Part shown: piece by piece, positions 28,960-38,056 of the stretch
How positions within the stretch are numbered: the stretch's first letter is position 1
Layout: each line of letters opens with the position of its first letter
Assembly (NCBI GenBank): GCA_902500205.1
Contig: GCA_902500205.1_4868.1
Strand: one strand, 5' to 3'
DNA length: 64,000 bases
From: Escherichia coli
GTDB lineage: Bacteria > Pseudomonadota > Gammaproteobacteria > Enterobacterales > Enterobacteriaceae
The notes under the pieces: model-generated
Told to the model about the DNA's origin: nothing
What the model saw: the letters and a program-made list of their open reading frames with translations, nothing else
Database searches by the model: none
Program-made: the position numbers and the translations under genes

Positions 28960-29370
28960 ATGAAACATTTTTTATTACCAGTTTTACTTGCTACTCTGGC
29001 CATTAGCTTCTTCGCTCGTGCTGGAAGTATCGAGTTACCAAAAGTTGTTAACGATCACGAATACGGCGGAGAGTTCTGGTGCCAGAACTCTGACGTACAA
29101 GGCGGTAGCTGCCAGATCGTTGCGATGTCCGATAACAACCGTTACCTGTTAGTGAAAACGATGGGCGGTGTCGCATGTGGCGACCCTGAATACGGGGTTA
29201 TTAACATGGCAACCGGGCAAGCCGAATCCATGAACTATAATGATAACCAAGCCTGCAGTGGTGAAGCCGTTGCTGAGTTTACACGCGACCCAGGCGACAA
29301 TGCCCTGACGGTTATCATGTACGACCCTACGATTAAGAAAAACGTAGGCATCAATAAACTCGACTTTTAA
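28960..29370 (+). CDS. Small secreted Cys-containing protein, paralog 2 (136 aa)
   Basis: Signal peptide MKHFLLPVLLATLAISFFARA; motif FWCQNSDVQGGSC...ACGDPEYG. Confidence 0.55.
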   Translation: MKHFLLPVLLATLAISFFARAGSIELPKVVNDHEYGGEFWCQNSDVQGGSCQIVAMSDNNRYLLVKTMGGVACGDPEYGVINMATGQAESMNYNDNQACSGEAVAEFTRDPGDNALTVIMYDPTIKKNVGINKLDF

Positions 29371-29383
29371 GTAAGGAAACAAC

Positions 29384-29767
29384 ATGCGTGGATTTATGGG
29401 TATTATCGCGGCGGTGTTCTTGACCGCTTCCGCTTCAGCTACAACCAGCGTAGAAGATTTACTGCCGGGCACACCGTATCAGTACAACCCGCCTTCATTC
29501 GAAGTCTGTACTGGCGACGATGGCAGATGTGAAGAAGTCAGCCGTCACGACGAGTATATCCTGGTCCACGCAAAGGGCGAGGAAACTTGTCCGGCTGGTT
29601 ACTACTTCTTGTTGAACTCAAAGGCACAAGAGATTGTGCCGGTAGAGACAATAACGTGCGACCCGACGCTTCGCGCGTCGCTCGCTTACAATACGAAAAC
29701 CAAACAGCGCCTCCTGGTTATTGAACAACAAGGCGAAGTGCGTGGTTCAATAGCGCTCGACCAGTAA
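29384..29767 (+). CDS. Small secreted Cys-containing protein, paralog 3 (127 aa)
   Basis: Signal peptide; motif EVCTGDDGRCEEV...TCPAGYYF. Confidence 0.55.
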   Translation: MRGFMGIIAAVFLTASASATTSVEDLLPGTPYQYNPPSFEVCTGDDGRCEEVSRHDEYILVHAKGEETCPAGYYFLLNSKAQEIVPVETITCDPTLRASLAYNTKTKQRLLVIEQQGEVRGSIALDQ

Positions 29768-29779
29768 CCGAAAAGTTTT

Positions 29780-29801
29780 CAGACAGATGTTATAACGTGA
29801 G
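29780..29801 (+). promoter_or_regulatory. Recurrent motif copy 3 (CAGACAGATGTTATAACgtgag), overlapping a downstream hairpin
   Basis: Motif match; immediately followed by an 8-bp-stem hairpin gtgagatg-acgaccc-catctcac. Confidence 0.35.
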
Positions 29802-29896
29802 ATGACGACCCATCTCACTTTGGCCCTGCGGTGATTTCCCCAACACTTAGCCGCAGGGTCCTTTTTAATCGACTATTACCCGTAAGGATTAAGCAA

Positions 29897-30397
29897 ATGA
29901 ACATGAACATTCTCGACGATACCCGTTCTTCTTTCTTTACTCAGATGAACGTTAACCCTGAACGTACCCGTGCTATTCTTTCTACTGGTTGGAAGTTGAA
30001 GTTGTTAGGCGAGTTAACCCTCAATCGCACCGACTGGCCAGCAGAAGCAACCGTACTGATTAACAGCATTCACAGCGAGTGGCTAGATGCTGCGTTGAAT
30101 GCCCCACAACTACGTCCGTACTATCGGATGCTTCACGCGGGATATGAAGTATACCGCAAAGGTTGGTACGATGCAGCCACATATTGCAACATCCCTGGAG
30201 GTCGTGAAGACAACACCGTCGACCACGTATTAGTGAATAACTTCTGGGGCGACCAAATTGAGGTCTTACAACTCTCTACCGGTGACCGTATTCCGGCCTG
30301 TGAGTTATTCGAAACTAACGCACAAATGTACGAACCGTATGCAATGATTCGTGGCCATAAGGTCCCAATCATTTCCCTTATGCATATGGGGCTGTAA
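29897..30397 (+). CDS. Hypothetical protein (about 166 aa)
   Basis: ORF track 29831..30397; start moved to ATG with AAGGA RBS (MNMNILDD). Confidence 0.55.
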   Translation: MNMNILDDTRSSFFTQMNVNPERTRAILSTGWKLKLLGELTLNRTDWPAEATVLINSIHSEWLDAALNAPQLRPYYRMLHAGYEVYRKGWYDAATYCNIPGGREDNTVDHVLVNNFWGDQIEVLQLSTGDRIPACELFETNAQMYEPYAMIRGHKVPIISLMHMGL

Positions 30398-30405
30398 ATA
30401 CGAGA

Positions 30406-30434
30406 GGTAGCCTACGGGCTACCTTCTTTTTTTG
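30406..30434 (+). terminator. Rho-independent terminator
   Basis: Hairpin ggtagcc-tacg-ggctacc followed by a T-run. Confidence 0.65.
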
Positions 30435-30451
30435 TTGAAGAAGGATTAAAC

Positions 30452-31078
30452 ATGAACGAGATTACCCTGATTCGTTTCATCGACGACATGGTGACGTGTC
30501 AGAAAGCGAATCGTCGGGATACCAAACTGCGTATCAATCTGATGGAAGAAGAGGTAGAAGGGTTTCTGGAATACCCGCGATTGGTGAAGTGGTTTAAAGA
30601 AGCACTGCCGCGTAGCTGGGAACAGCTAGAAGCGTGGTTTGCTCTACCTATTGCAGAACGTAACCCTAACAATACGATCTTTACCGGAACCACTGCATTA
30701 GATTTGGCTGGTTCGGTGGAGCAACCTAAACGTTTGGTTTTCTTCTACGTCAATGGCGATTCAATAATGGCTGATACAGTTAACTGGATTTCTGATGAGT
30801 TGACTGTAAACACCACTTTGGTCGGTAGCGCTGCTGATGCCTGGGTTGTTGGTCAGCACCAATCGCAACCGTACGAAGAAATCAAAACCGGTTATTTAAT
30901 CCCGATATATCTCGACGGCGTGGCACCCGGTCGTAGTGCCGAACTGTTCAAATTCCTGCTTACTGAAACGTTAAAGGTTGTCGATTCTGATGCCGGGCGG
31001 GCGTGGTATGAATTAACCAAAGAGCGCACCGATAGTTTTTGGGAATCACTCGGACACCGTAAGTTTATTCCGCAATAA
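30452..31078 (+). CDS. Hypothetical protein (208 aa)
   Basis: ORF track; no metallophosphoesterase (Mre11/SbcD) motifs seen. Confidence 0.55.
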   Translation: MNEITLIRFIDDMVTCQKANRRDTKLRINLMEEEVEGFLEYPRLVKWFKEALPRSWEQLEAWFALPIAERNPNNTIFTGTTALDLAGSVEQPKRLVFFYVNGDSIMADTVNWISDELTVNTTLVGSAADAWVVGQHQSQPYEEIKTGYLIPIYLDGVAPGRSAELFKFLLTETLKVVDSDAGRAWYELTKERTDSFWESLGHRKFIPQ

Positions 31079-31089
31079 CTCTCCTCTCT

Positions 31090-31121
31090 GGAACCCTTCG
31101 GGGTTCCATTTCTTCTTTTTT
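31090..31121 (+). terminator. Rho-independent terminator
   Basis: Hairpin ggaaccc-ttcg-gggttcc followed by a T-run. Confidence 0.7.
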
Positions 31122-31174
31122 ACGCATGACCTTTTGGATATGAACGACTAATACTTTCTCATTAGAAGGCAAAC

Positions 31175-33685
31175 ATGCTCAAGGTCGAACGTATCATTTT
31201 GAAAGGATTTACCGGCATGGGGTTACATGAAATCGAAACGTTTGATTTCACCCTTAAGTCAACCGTTACCATCATCCTCGGTGGCAACGGCTGCGGTAAA
31301 ACAAGCCTCCTATCTGTTTTTCTCCCCTTAGCTCCAGCAAAATCAGAATTCCGTGAAGGTGGTTCCTACACTAACTACGCGTTAGTTGGGGACGACCGTC
31401 TTAAGTTTGAAGTCCTGCGTCGTGGCTCTTCTCTGTCTTGTAGTATCTTCAACATCACTAAAGGTGTCTCCGTCGTAGACTCGGTAAACGCCAAAGTTTA
31501 CAACTCCATGGTGGAACAGTTAACCGGGATCACCAAAGAAATCAAAGAGTTAATTAACGGTGAAACCTTATTAACAGACGCCACCACTGAAGTTCGTCGT
31601 AAATGGTTTACGTTAATGTCAGAATCTGATCTGACGTACGTTGTTGGTTGTTATCGTCGTCTGCGTAAACTCGCTTCCAGTTTAAGTGGGGCCATTGAGC
31701 ACACCGGCCGTAAAATCGGTGAGGCAAAAATGCGCGTGGTGGACGATGAAGAAGATCGTGCACGTTTGGAAGTTCGTTTGAAAGAACTGGACGTTGAGCT
31801 TCAGGAACTAAACCGCACCATTGAAGCGAGACCCGGTTTAGATAACGCCGTTTCGGTTGATAGTATCCGGAAACGCATTGCTTCGTTGCAACCGGCCGTA
31901 AAACTCATTATAGAGCGTTATGGTGTTCTGCCTTCTGACGAACTGATTAACGAGTTTCAAAGTCGTGTAGTTGCCTGGCGTGAGCAAGCTGCCTCTGCTG
32001 AAACTGAATGCAACATGTACAATAAAGAGTTGTCACAGCTACTGGATGAGGAGTCGCGTCAAGCGTATCTGATGCGCAACCATACCGGTCTAAAACAAAC
32101 AATCGACAGCTTAAAACAGGAACTGGCAACGTTCCAACAGAACTGGATGTTCCCGGCTCTGTTTGAAGGCACCCGCATCGATGTGGATAGCATTCAGAAC
32201 GCGTTAAACGATGCCTGTAACTGGAATTTACCGTTGTCCATGCATCTGGACCAGTTAAAGACAACAGAGCGCCTGGGAGCGTTAGAGAAGCGTTTACAGG
32301 GTATGGATTTAACCTCTGCGGGTCTATCTGAAAAGCTGCAACGTTGTGAGAATGTGCTACACGGTTTATACCACGACCGTCAACACTTCTTAGAAACTGC
32401 AGAAGTTGATTGTCCACAGTGTAACCACCGTTTCCGTCCTGGGATTCGTAAGTCGTTACCTGAAATTGAAAAGGCCATCAACGATAATGAAGGTTGGAAG
32501 AAGCAGCTGAAAGACGAAATGGATAGTCTTTTGCGTGACCGCAAAGAGATTGAAGAGGACGTCCGTAGCTTACGTACGATTCGCGAAATCGTCATGTCGT
32601 ATTCCAATCATCCCGTTGTCGGTTTGTTTTTCCGTAAACTGCAGGAGCTGGATATCTTCACCACGGCGCGGGATCGTTACGGTGCCATTGCACGTGCCTT
32701 TACTGAAGAGTTAGATTCGGCCATGATGTATCTGCGTCAATCGGCGAAGCTTGCAACAGCGGAACGGGAATGGCAAGAGGCTGTTGCCGCAGTAGGTAAC
32801 GTTGATGGTGCGCTGAGCCAGAAAATTGAACATATCCGTTCACAACTGGATGGGGCTAACCGTCGACTGATAGAATACCGCAGACAAGCCAATGTGCTGG
32901 AACGCGAAACCACCCAACTGCAACAAACCAAAGAAGCAATCGAACGTTTCCAAAAGGGCTACGAACATCTGGTATCGGAAATGAACATCTCCGTTAACAA
33001 CGTCGTGGTTCGCGAGTTGTTAAACCGACGCGAAGCGAAGCTCGATGCGTACACTTCCGCTCGTGAACGGTTTCGTCAAATGGAAGGGGCTATTGCACGT
33101 TTAGCGGAACTGGAAAAAGAGCAAGCTGAGTTGCTCAAAGAACACCATCATGCCAGATTGATTATCAATGCCGTCTCCCCCGAAAAAGGATTATTGCGTC
33201 GTTACTTTTATGCTGCGATTACACGCATCATGGATTTAATGAATCGGTATATCGAAATGGTGTGGGCATATCCGATGCAGGTTATTCCGTGCGATTTAAC
33301 CGACGGGGATTTGGATTACACATTCCCGGTACGATTAAAAGACCATGAAGAACTGGTACCTGACGTGAAGAAAGGTTCGAAGGCACAGCGTATCATTTTC
33401 AACATGATGTTTCGTTTAACGGCGTATAAAGCACTTGGTTTACAAAATTATCCTTTGTTATTGGATGAACCCTCTGAAGGCATGGATGAGGAACACAAAA
33501 ATCGACTGGTCAACTTCATTAAATCGTTGGCGTTGTCGGGAGAGTTTTCTCAATTGCTGGTCGTTTCGCATGAAGCGGAAGTTCATTCTAAACTTAACGA
33601 AGCCACCTACTGTGTCGTGGAGCCAGAAGGTGTAACGCTTCCACCGGTTTATAACGAAGGGGTAATAATCAAATATGCATCATAA
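31175..33685 (+). CDS. SbcC/Rad50-like SMC-type ATPase (836 aa)
   Basis: N-terminal Walker A GGNGCGKTS; long central coiled-coil with a CPQC zinc-hook-like motif; C-terminal signature-like SKAQR, Walker B LLLDEP and H-loop VVSHEA. Confidence 0.8.
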   Translation: MLKVERIILKGFTGMGLHEIETFDFTLKSTVTIILGGNGCGKTSLLSVFLPLAPAKSEFREGGSYTNYALVGDDRLKFEVLRRGSSLSCSIFNITKGVSVVDSVNAKVYNSMVEQLTGITKEIKELINGETLLTDATTEVRRKWFTLMSESDLTYVVGCYRRLRKLASSLSGAIEHTGRKIGEAKMRVVDDEEDRARLEVRLKELDVELQELNRTIEARPGLDNAVSVDSIRKRIASLQPAVKLIIERYGVLPSDELINEFQSRVVAWREQAASAETECNMYNKELSQLLDEESRQAYLMRNHTGLKQTIDSLKQELATFQQNWMFPALFEGTRIDVDSIQNALNDACNWNLPLSMHLDQLKTTERLGALEKRLQGMDLTSAGLSEKLQRCENVLHGLYHDRQHFLETAEVDCPQCNHRFRPGIRKSLPEIEKAINDNEGWKKQLKDEMDSLLRDRKEIEEDVRSLRTIREIVMSYSNHPVVGLFFRKLQELDIFTTARDRYGAIARAFTEELDSAMMYLRQSAKLATAEREWQEAVAAVGNVDGALSQKIEHIRSQLDGANRRLIEYRRQANVLERETTQLQQTKEAIERFQKGYEHLVSEMNISVNNVVVRELLNRREAKLDAYTSARERFRQMEGAIARLAELEKEQAELLKEHHHARLIINAVSPEKGLLRRYFYAAITRIMDLMNRYIEMVWAYPMQVIPCDLTDGDLDYTFPVRLKDHEELVPDVKKGSKAQRIIFNMMFRLTAYKALGLQNYPLLLDEPSEGMDEEHKNRLVNFIKSLALSGEFSQLLVVSHEAEVHSKLNEATYCVVEPEGVTLPPVYNEGVIIKYAS

Positions 33686-33866
33686 AGGTTGGCGCTTATG
33701 GGCTTGGTGGGGTTTTCAGTTCCTTCAGTTTGTTGTGATGGTACTGTACCTCTCCTTTTGTGCAACCGTAGTGGTTATCGCTGCGGTCGTTTATTTAGCT
33801 GCTGCTCTTAAAGAACGTCTGTTCGACACGCGTTGTGAGTGGCGAGATATAGGAGAACGGACATGA
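33675..33866 (+). CDS. Small membrane protein (63 aa)
   Basis: Hydrophobic helix FQFLQFVVMVLYLSFCATVVVIAAVVYLAAAL; overlaps the end of the ATPase gene. Confidence 0.4.
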   Translation: MHHKGWRLWAWWGFQFLQFVVMVLYLSFCATVVVIAAVVYLAAALKERLFDTRCEWRDIGERT

Positions 33867-33953
33867 TTGAAGGTATCGTATTAACCGGTATTGCACTGTG
33901 GTTGATTCGTGGTGCCTGGGGTTGGATTATCCGCACGAAAGGATGGGCATTCC

Positions 33954-34157
33954 ATGGCAAGACGTAAACCTGGTCGTTTAAAGTTTTGGGCAGTTGTGGT
34001 AATGCACACTGTGGTGCTACTCGGTATTTTCATGTCTCGCGCTACGCCTGCCTTTTGGGGCTTAGTTGTTTTGGTGTTCTTAGAAGGGGTTTACTTCGGT
34101 AATCTGTGGAGCAAGCCCCCGCGTTTAAGGGACCCGGCTTATGACAGTCGTGAATAG
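33954..34157 (+). CDS. Small membrane protein (about 67 aa)
   Basis: ORF track 33909..34157; internal start MARRKPG preferred; two hydrophobic segments. Confidence 0.4.
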   Translation: MARRKPGRLKFWAVVVMHTVVLLGIFMSRATPAFWGLVVLVFLEGVYFGNLWSKPPRLRDPAYDSRE

Positions 34158-34272
34158 TGTCAACGCAGCCATGATTGCAACAGGTGCGTATGATGGTGCC
34201 ACCTGGACAGACCTTGGCATTACGATTATCATCTGTGCAATCGGAGCATTTCTGGCATCATGGTTATTTTAG
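34141..34272 (+). CDS. Possible very small hydrophobic protein (43 aa)
   Basis: My own reading of an ORF below the track length cutoff (MTVVNSVNAAMIATGAYDGATWTDLGITIIICAIGAFLASWLF). Confidence 0.25.
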   Translation: MTVVNSVNAAMIATGAYDGATWTDLGITIIICAIGAFLASWLF

Positions 34273-34810
34273 TGAAGTGGGTTGGGTGTATCATCTGTAG
34301 TCTGGTACTAGGAGCAGGCGCATACGCCCTAGGCGCAATCCTTGCATTGACGCAAGGTTGGTTTTAACAGGAGGGTAGTTACGAAGTGGGAGAAGTATCA
34401 TGTAACAGTGAAACAGTCTCTGATCCCGTGGTCGTGGGTTCAGGGGCGGCCGTGCCAACCCGGCGTATCGTTCTTTCGAGCGCGGGGATGGCTATAGGGT
34501 CTTCAAAGAACCTTCTAGCAGACATCGCGGAAGTCTGCGGGCCGGATGATTTTGCAGTTTCACGTACAGTCGGGGAAGACTGGCGTGGTAATCAGAAGCG
34601 CCATGAGCGAATGTGGCGACGGAAGGTTACCTCAGCATCGCAGCGTTTTCAACGACGTTGTTGATCAAAGACACGGTTCCGATAGAGAACTGGTCTTTAC
34701 CTGCAGCGGTATACACCGCTTAAGTTTACCGGTAAACTTAAGAAAACACAAACGCAATTCTTCGTTACTCGCTTTCATCGCAGGTGAAAGCTCACTTAGG
34801 AATTCAGCTC

Positions 34811-35299
34811 ATGGCCGAAATTGTCATTCTTTCCTCATCTTCAGATTTAACGGAAGCACAAAATAAACAGCTGTTGGGGCTGCATTATAAATTTCTGAAC
34901 CACCAACGTACCATACTCCATATCGAAAAAGGTGAGATTCCGAACCTCACTCTGGAGAAACTGTTGGCGGGGAACCGTGCTTGTGTTGCTCTGGAAGGGG
35001 GTACCCCTGTTGGTTACTGTTTGTATCGCGTAATCGCTGGGGTTCTGAAGATTCGTACGATGTTCGTGTCTGAAATGGCACGCCGTCGCAAAACGATGAC
35101 GCAGATTTTTGATGCGCTTGATGTGAATGAACGGTTCACCAGTGCGCATGGGGGAATATACGCTTGCCAGGAAGCTGGTATTGCGTTCTTTACCGCTCGC
35201 GGTTTTGACAAGACCGTCTCTACCGACGGACAATGGCTTGAATTTACGAAGCAGGTTCTTGCGGAAGCAGATGAACCTTTAAGGACTGCGGTAGCATAG
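34811..35299 (+). CDS. Hypothetical protein (about 162 aa)
   Basis: ORF track 34784..35299; internal start MAEIVIL preferred; no confident motif. Confidence 0.5.
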   Translation: MAEIVILSSSSDLTEAQNKQLLGLHYKFLNHQRTILHIEKGEIPNLTLEKLLAGNRACVALEGGTPVGYCLYRVIAGVLKIRTMFVSEMARRRKTMTQIFDALDVNERFTSAHGGIYACQEAGIAFFTARGFDKTVSTDGQWLEFTKQVLAEADEPLRTAVA

Positions 35300-35324
35300 T
35301 CCTGTTTTAGCACTCCTTACGATT

Positions 35325-35579
35325 ATGCCTCACTATGAGTGGGGTATTTTTACGCGAGGAGTGCTATTTATGTTTCACCGTCCTGGGTTTTCAGCTTTAA
35401 ACACCGATGTCTGTTGGGCTGAGTACGAACGGGTGAAGGAGTTCTTACCCGTAAATCCTAAACACATCAACGTGGGTACTATCGGGCGTGTTGTGTTTGA
35501 TGATACTCCGCTGAGTACGTGTATTAAAGCTGCGCTTGGTACGCTGCCGGCGTCTATAGTTATTGAGGAATTAAAATGA
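35325..35579 (+). CDS. Hypothetical protein (84 aa or shorter)
   Basis: ORF track; start uncertain. Confidence 0.45.
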   Translation: MPHYEWGIFTRGVLFMFHRPGFSALNTDVCWAEYERVKEFLPVNPKHINVGTIGRVVFDDTPLSTCIKAALGTLPASIVIEELK

Positions 35580-36094
35580 CGGACATTCGTGTTGACATAT
35601 ATGGGGAAATTCATACCACGGCCGATCGTAATCGTGTTGAATGGGCGATCATCGATAATCATCGGAAAAAACCATACGATTTTTTACTGTGTGAAGAACT
35701 GGGGCCGTATGAACATCACACTGCAAAAGCGCAAGATAAGGCATTAAAGGAGAAGATGTACTCTATTGGGCCCATGGGGCTGGAGTTGGCTAAGAAACTC
35801 GGCATCCCTGCTATTGGGATCGATGACTGGAGCGACGCAACCTACGCTAAAGATATCAAGGATAAAAAGGGAATGGCTGTAAACTTTAGCCGTTCTTTTT
35901 ATATTCGTGAAACTAAAATGGTTGCAAAAATTAAAAAGTATATGGCAAAAGGGCGTTGTGCTGTTATGCTTGGCGACTCACACTTGCGCACCACGAAAAC
36001 TAAAGAGCTTGGTGATGCGTCCCTTATCTGGGAAACGTTTAAGGATAATCCTGAAGTGAAGTTTCACAGGAGCCCTAAACGCGAGATTGATTAA
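35576..36094 (+). CDS. Hypothetical protein (172 aa)
   Basis: ORF track; start overlaps the upstream stop. Confidence 0.55.
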   Translation: MTDIRVDIYGEIHTTADRNRVEWAIIDNHRKKPYDFLLCEELGPYEHHTAKAQDKALKEKMYSIGPMGLELAKKLGIPAIGIDDWSDATYAKDIKDKKGMAVNFSRSFYIRETKMVAKIKKYMAKGRCAVMLGDSHLRTTKTKELGDASLIWETFKDNPEVKFHRSPKREID

Positions 36095-36112
36095 ATCTAA
36101 AGGAGCATTAAA

Positions 36113-36535
36113 ATGGTTACCGCTATTCGCGAAACAAAATCACTATACGATCATTTATCAGAAGAAGAAACAGCCTTATTCTACGACCTGTTACCTGAAA
36201 CCAAAGCAAATGTTCAGTGGTGGTTACGTTTAGCGCTACGTGATAAAGTTGGGGAAACGCCGGTTAGTATTCTCGCCCACACGTTGGACATGACACCCAT
36301 GATTGAAATCGCGATTACCCGCCCTAAATTCTGGCGGCCTGGTATGGTGCGTGAGGCGTATCTACTCCAACGTTTAGGCGTTGACCCGGAGAAGTGTTGG
36401 CGTAAGATGGATGACCATCGCTACCGTGAAGAAATTACGAATAGCCTCAACACTATGTTGGCAATGAAACGGCTCGGTATCGAACACGAAGGTTTCGAGT
36501 CAGCGGTACATGCCTGGGCGAAAAGGAATAGCTAA
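36113..36535 (+). CDS. Hypothetical protein (140 aa)
   Basis: ORF track; AAGGAGCA RBS. Confidence 0.55.
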   Translation: MVTAIRETKSLYDHLSEEETALFYDLLPETKANVQWWLRLALRDKVGETPVSILAHTLDMTPMIEIAITRPKFWRPGMVREAYLLQRLGVDPEKCWRKMDDHRYREEITNSLNTMLAMKRLGIEHEGFESAVHAWAKRNS

Positions 36536-36784
36536 ATGCAAAAAACAATCATCGGAATAATGGTTGGTTCTTTCTGTGGCTTCCCTACCCCACAAACAGA
36601 ACCCCAATATTTGGGCGCAGGCAAACCTGATCCGGAAGTCCGTAAGTTGCGCGAAGAAGCAAAAGCCAGAGTTCTTACTGAGCTGGAATCGCTGCTTCAG
36701 TCTCCGGTTATTTCACAATGGGGTATGGCAATAGATGTCACTAGAACTGATCGACGAGGCTATTATCTCCCACGACCTGTTTAA
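36536..36784 (+). CDS. Hypothetical protein (82 aa)
   Basis: ORF track. Confidence 0.5.
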   Translation: MQKTIIGIMVGSFCGFPTPQTEPQYLGAGKPDPEVRKLREEAKARVLTELESLLQSPVISQWGMAIDVTRTDRRGYYLPRPV

Positions 36785-37235
36785 CGCGCCTGAGCGCTTC
36801 AAGGTCGTTACAGTTAACTGTGTTGGTGCGATGGGAAGGGGCATTGCCTTGGCGTGCCGAGAACGCTTCCCATCGCTTTATAACGACTATCGCCAGAAAT
36901 GTCGTAAAGAGCAAATCGTTATCGGTGAGGTCTATTGTTATCCTGAGGAAGGGGTAATACTCCTTCCTACTAAAACCCATTTTCGCTATAAATCGCAGAT
37001 TTACTATGTCACGTCCGGCATTGATGCGCTGGCGCGACTAGGGGAAGACTTAGAAGGAGGGATTGCGATACCGCCCCTAGGGATGGCTAACGGTTGGTTA
37101 CGTTACCATGAGCGATTGGAAATCTTTATACACTTACAGAAACGACTACAGCACACGGAGCAGACTTATCGATTCTATTTACCAGACACCCTGCTGAGGG
37201 AAGCAGAGAAAATCATCCCAAAAAGTTTCAAATAG
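36735..37235 (+). CDS. Macro-domain-like (ADP-ribose-binding or -processing) protein, tentative
   Basis: VVTVNCVGAMGRGIALA resembles the macro-domain N-terminal motif (V-N-A-A-N ... G-G-G-V ... A-I), and IAIPPLGMANG resembles the macro F-P-A-I-S-T-G motif; by-eye comparison only. Confidence 0.45.
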   Translation: MSLELIDEAIISHDLFNAPERFKVVTVNCVGAMGRGIALACRERFPSLYNDYRQKCRKEQIVIGEVYCYPEEGVILLPTKTHFRYKSQIYYVTSGIDALARLGEDLEGGIAIPPLGMANGWLRYHERLEIFIHLQKRLQHTEQTYRFYLPDTLLREAEKIIPKSFK

Positions 37236-37250
37236 ATATTATTATCAGGG
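37229..37250 (+). promoter_or_regulatory. Recurrent motif copy 4 (caAATAGATATTATTATCAGGG)
   Basis: Motif match upstream of the lytic transglycosylase gene. Confidence 0.4.
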
Positions 37251-37333
37251 CACATTACAAAGGAGCACAATGCCGTCCGCGCCGTCTTCCCGGATTGGGA
37301 ACGGAAAAGTATAAATCCGTTTGGAGAACATCC

Positions 37334-38056
37334 ATGTTTCGCACCATTTTATTTCTTCTGGTAGCAGTGACCACATTCAACAGCAACGCTTCTTACCAGT
37401 CCACCAGTAACAAACATCAAAAAGAATTTGTCCTTATCCAGGACCAGTTCAATGAGATTAAACCTCTCATCGTCTCTGCATCTCAAAAGCAAGGTGTACA
37501 TGCCGGGATGCTTGCGACCACCATTTACCGTGAATCCCGTTTTAATAAAAACGTGGGTAAGAATAAATCGAGCAGTGCTAGTAGTGTTGTCCAAATGACG
37601 ACAGGCACTAAACGCTCCATGATACGTCTGTATGGGAAACAACTTAACATCCCAAAGAACGCAGACCTTAATAAACCGAAATATGCTGTACAGCTTGCTG
37701 CTGTTTACATGAAACACATCGAGGATCATCTGACAAAACAACTCAAACGCAAGCCGAGCACAGCCGAAATCGCATTAGGCTACCGCTTCGGTGAGAGCGC
37801 TGCTGTTGCGATGATTAAAAAGAAATCATCGGTCGGGAAACGCTGGATGGACAGCTACCGAAAAGACGCAGCATTCTACGGTGCGAAAATGACGCCACCG
37901 AAAGCTGAAACACGTCAGCTTGCTTTTGCGAAGGAAGACCGCGACCAACACGTCGCTGAGCTTCAGAAAATCTGGGATACGCTGTACAGCAAAGTATCAC
38001 CTGCGGCCGGTACATTACTGGCAAATAACACTATCATGAAAGGAGCATTGCTTTGA
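37334..38056 (+). CDS. SLT-domain lytic transglycosylase with N-terminal signal peptide (about 240 aa)
   Basis: Signal-like N-terminus MFRTILFLLVAVTTFNSNA; catalytic-region motif TTIYRESRFN...SSVVQMTTGT matches the family-1 lytic transglycosylase E-S ... Q pattern; start moved from track 37295. Confidence 0.6.
   Translation: MFRTILFLLVAVTTFNSNASYQSTSNKHQKEFVLIQDQFNEIKPLIVSASQKQGVHAGMLATTIYRESRFNKNVGKNKSSSASSVVQMTTGTKRSMIRLYGKQLNIPKNADLNKPKYAVQLAAVYMKHIEDHLTKQLKRKPSTAEIALGYRFGESAAVAMIKKKSSVGKRWMDSYRKDAAFYGAKMTPPKAETRQLAFAKEDRDQHVAELQKIWDTLYSKVSPAAGTLLANNTIMKGALL

Noticed and set aside
34386-34866. Two overlapping plus-strand ORFs (34386..34664 and 34546..34866)
   Set aside because: They overlap in different frames, lack ribosome-binding sites and have Arg/Ser-rich composition atypical of the surrounding genes; the region is treated as probably non-coding.
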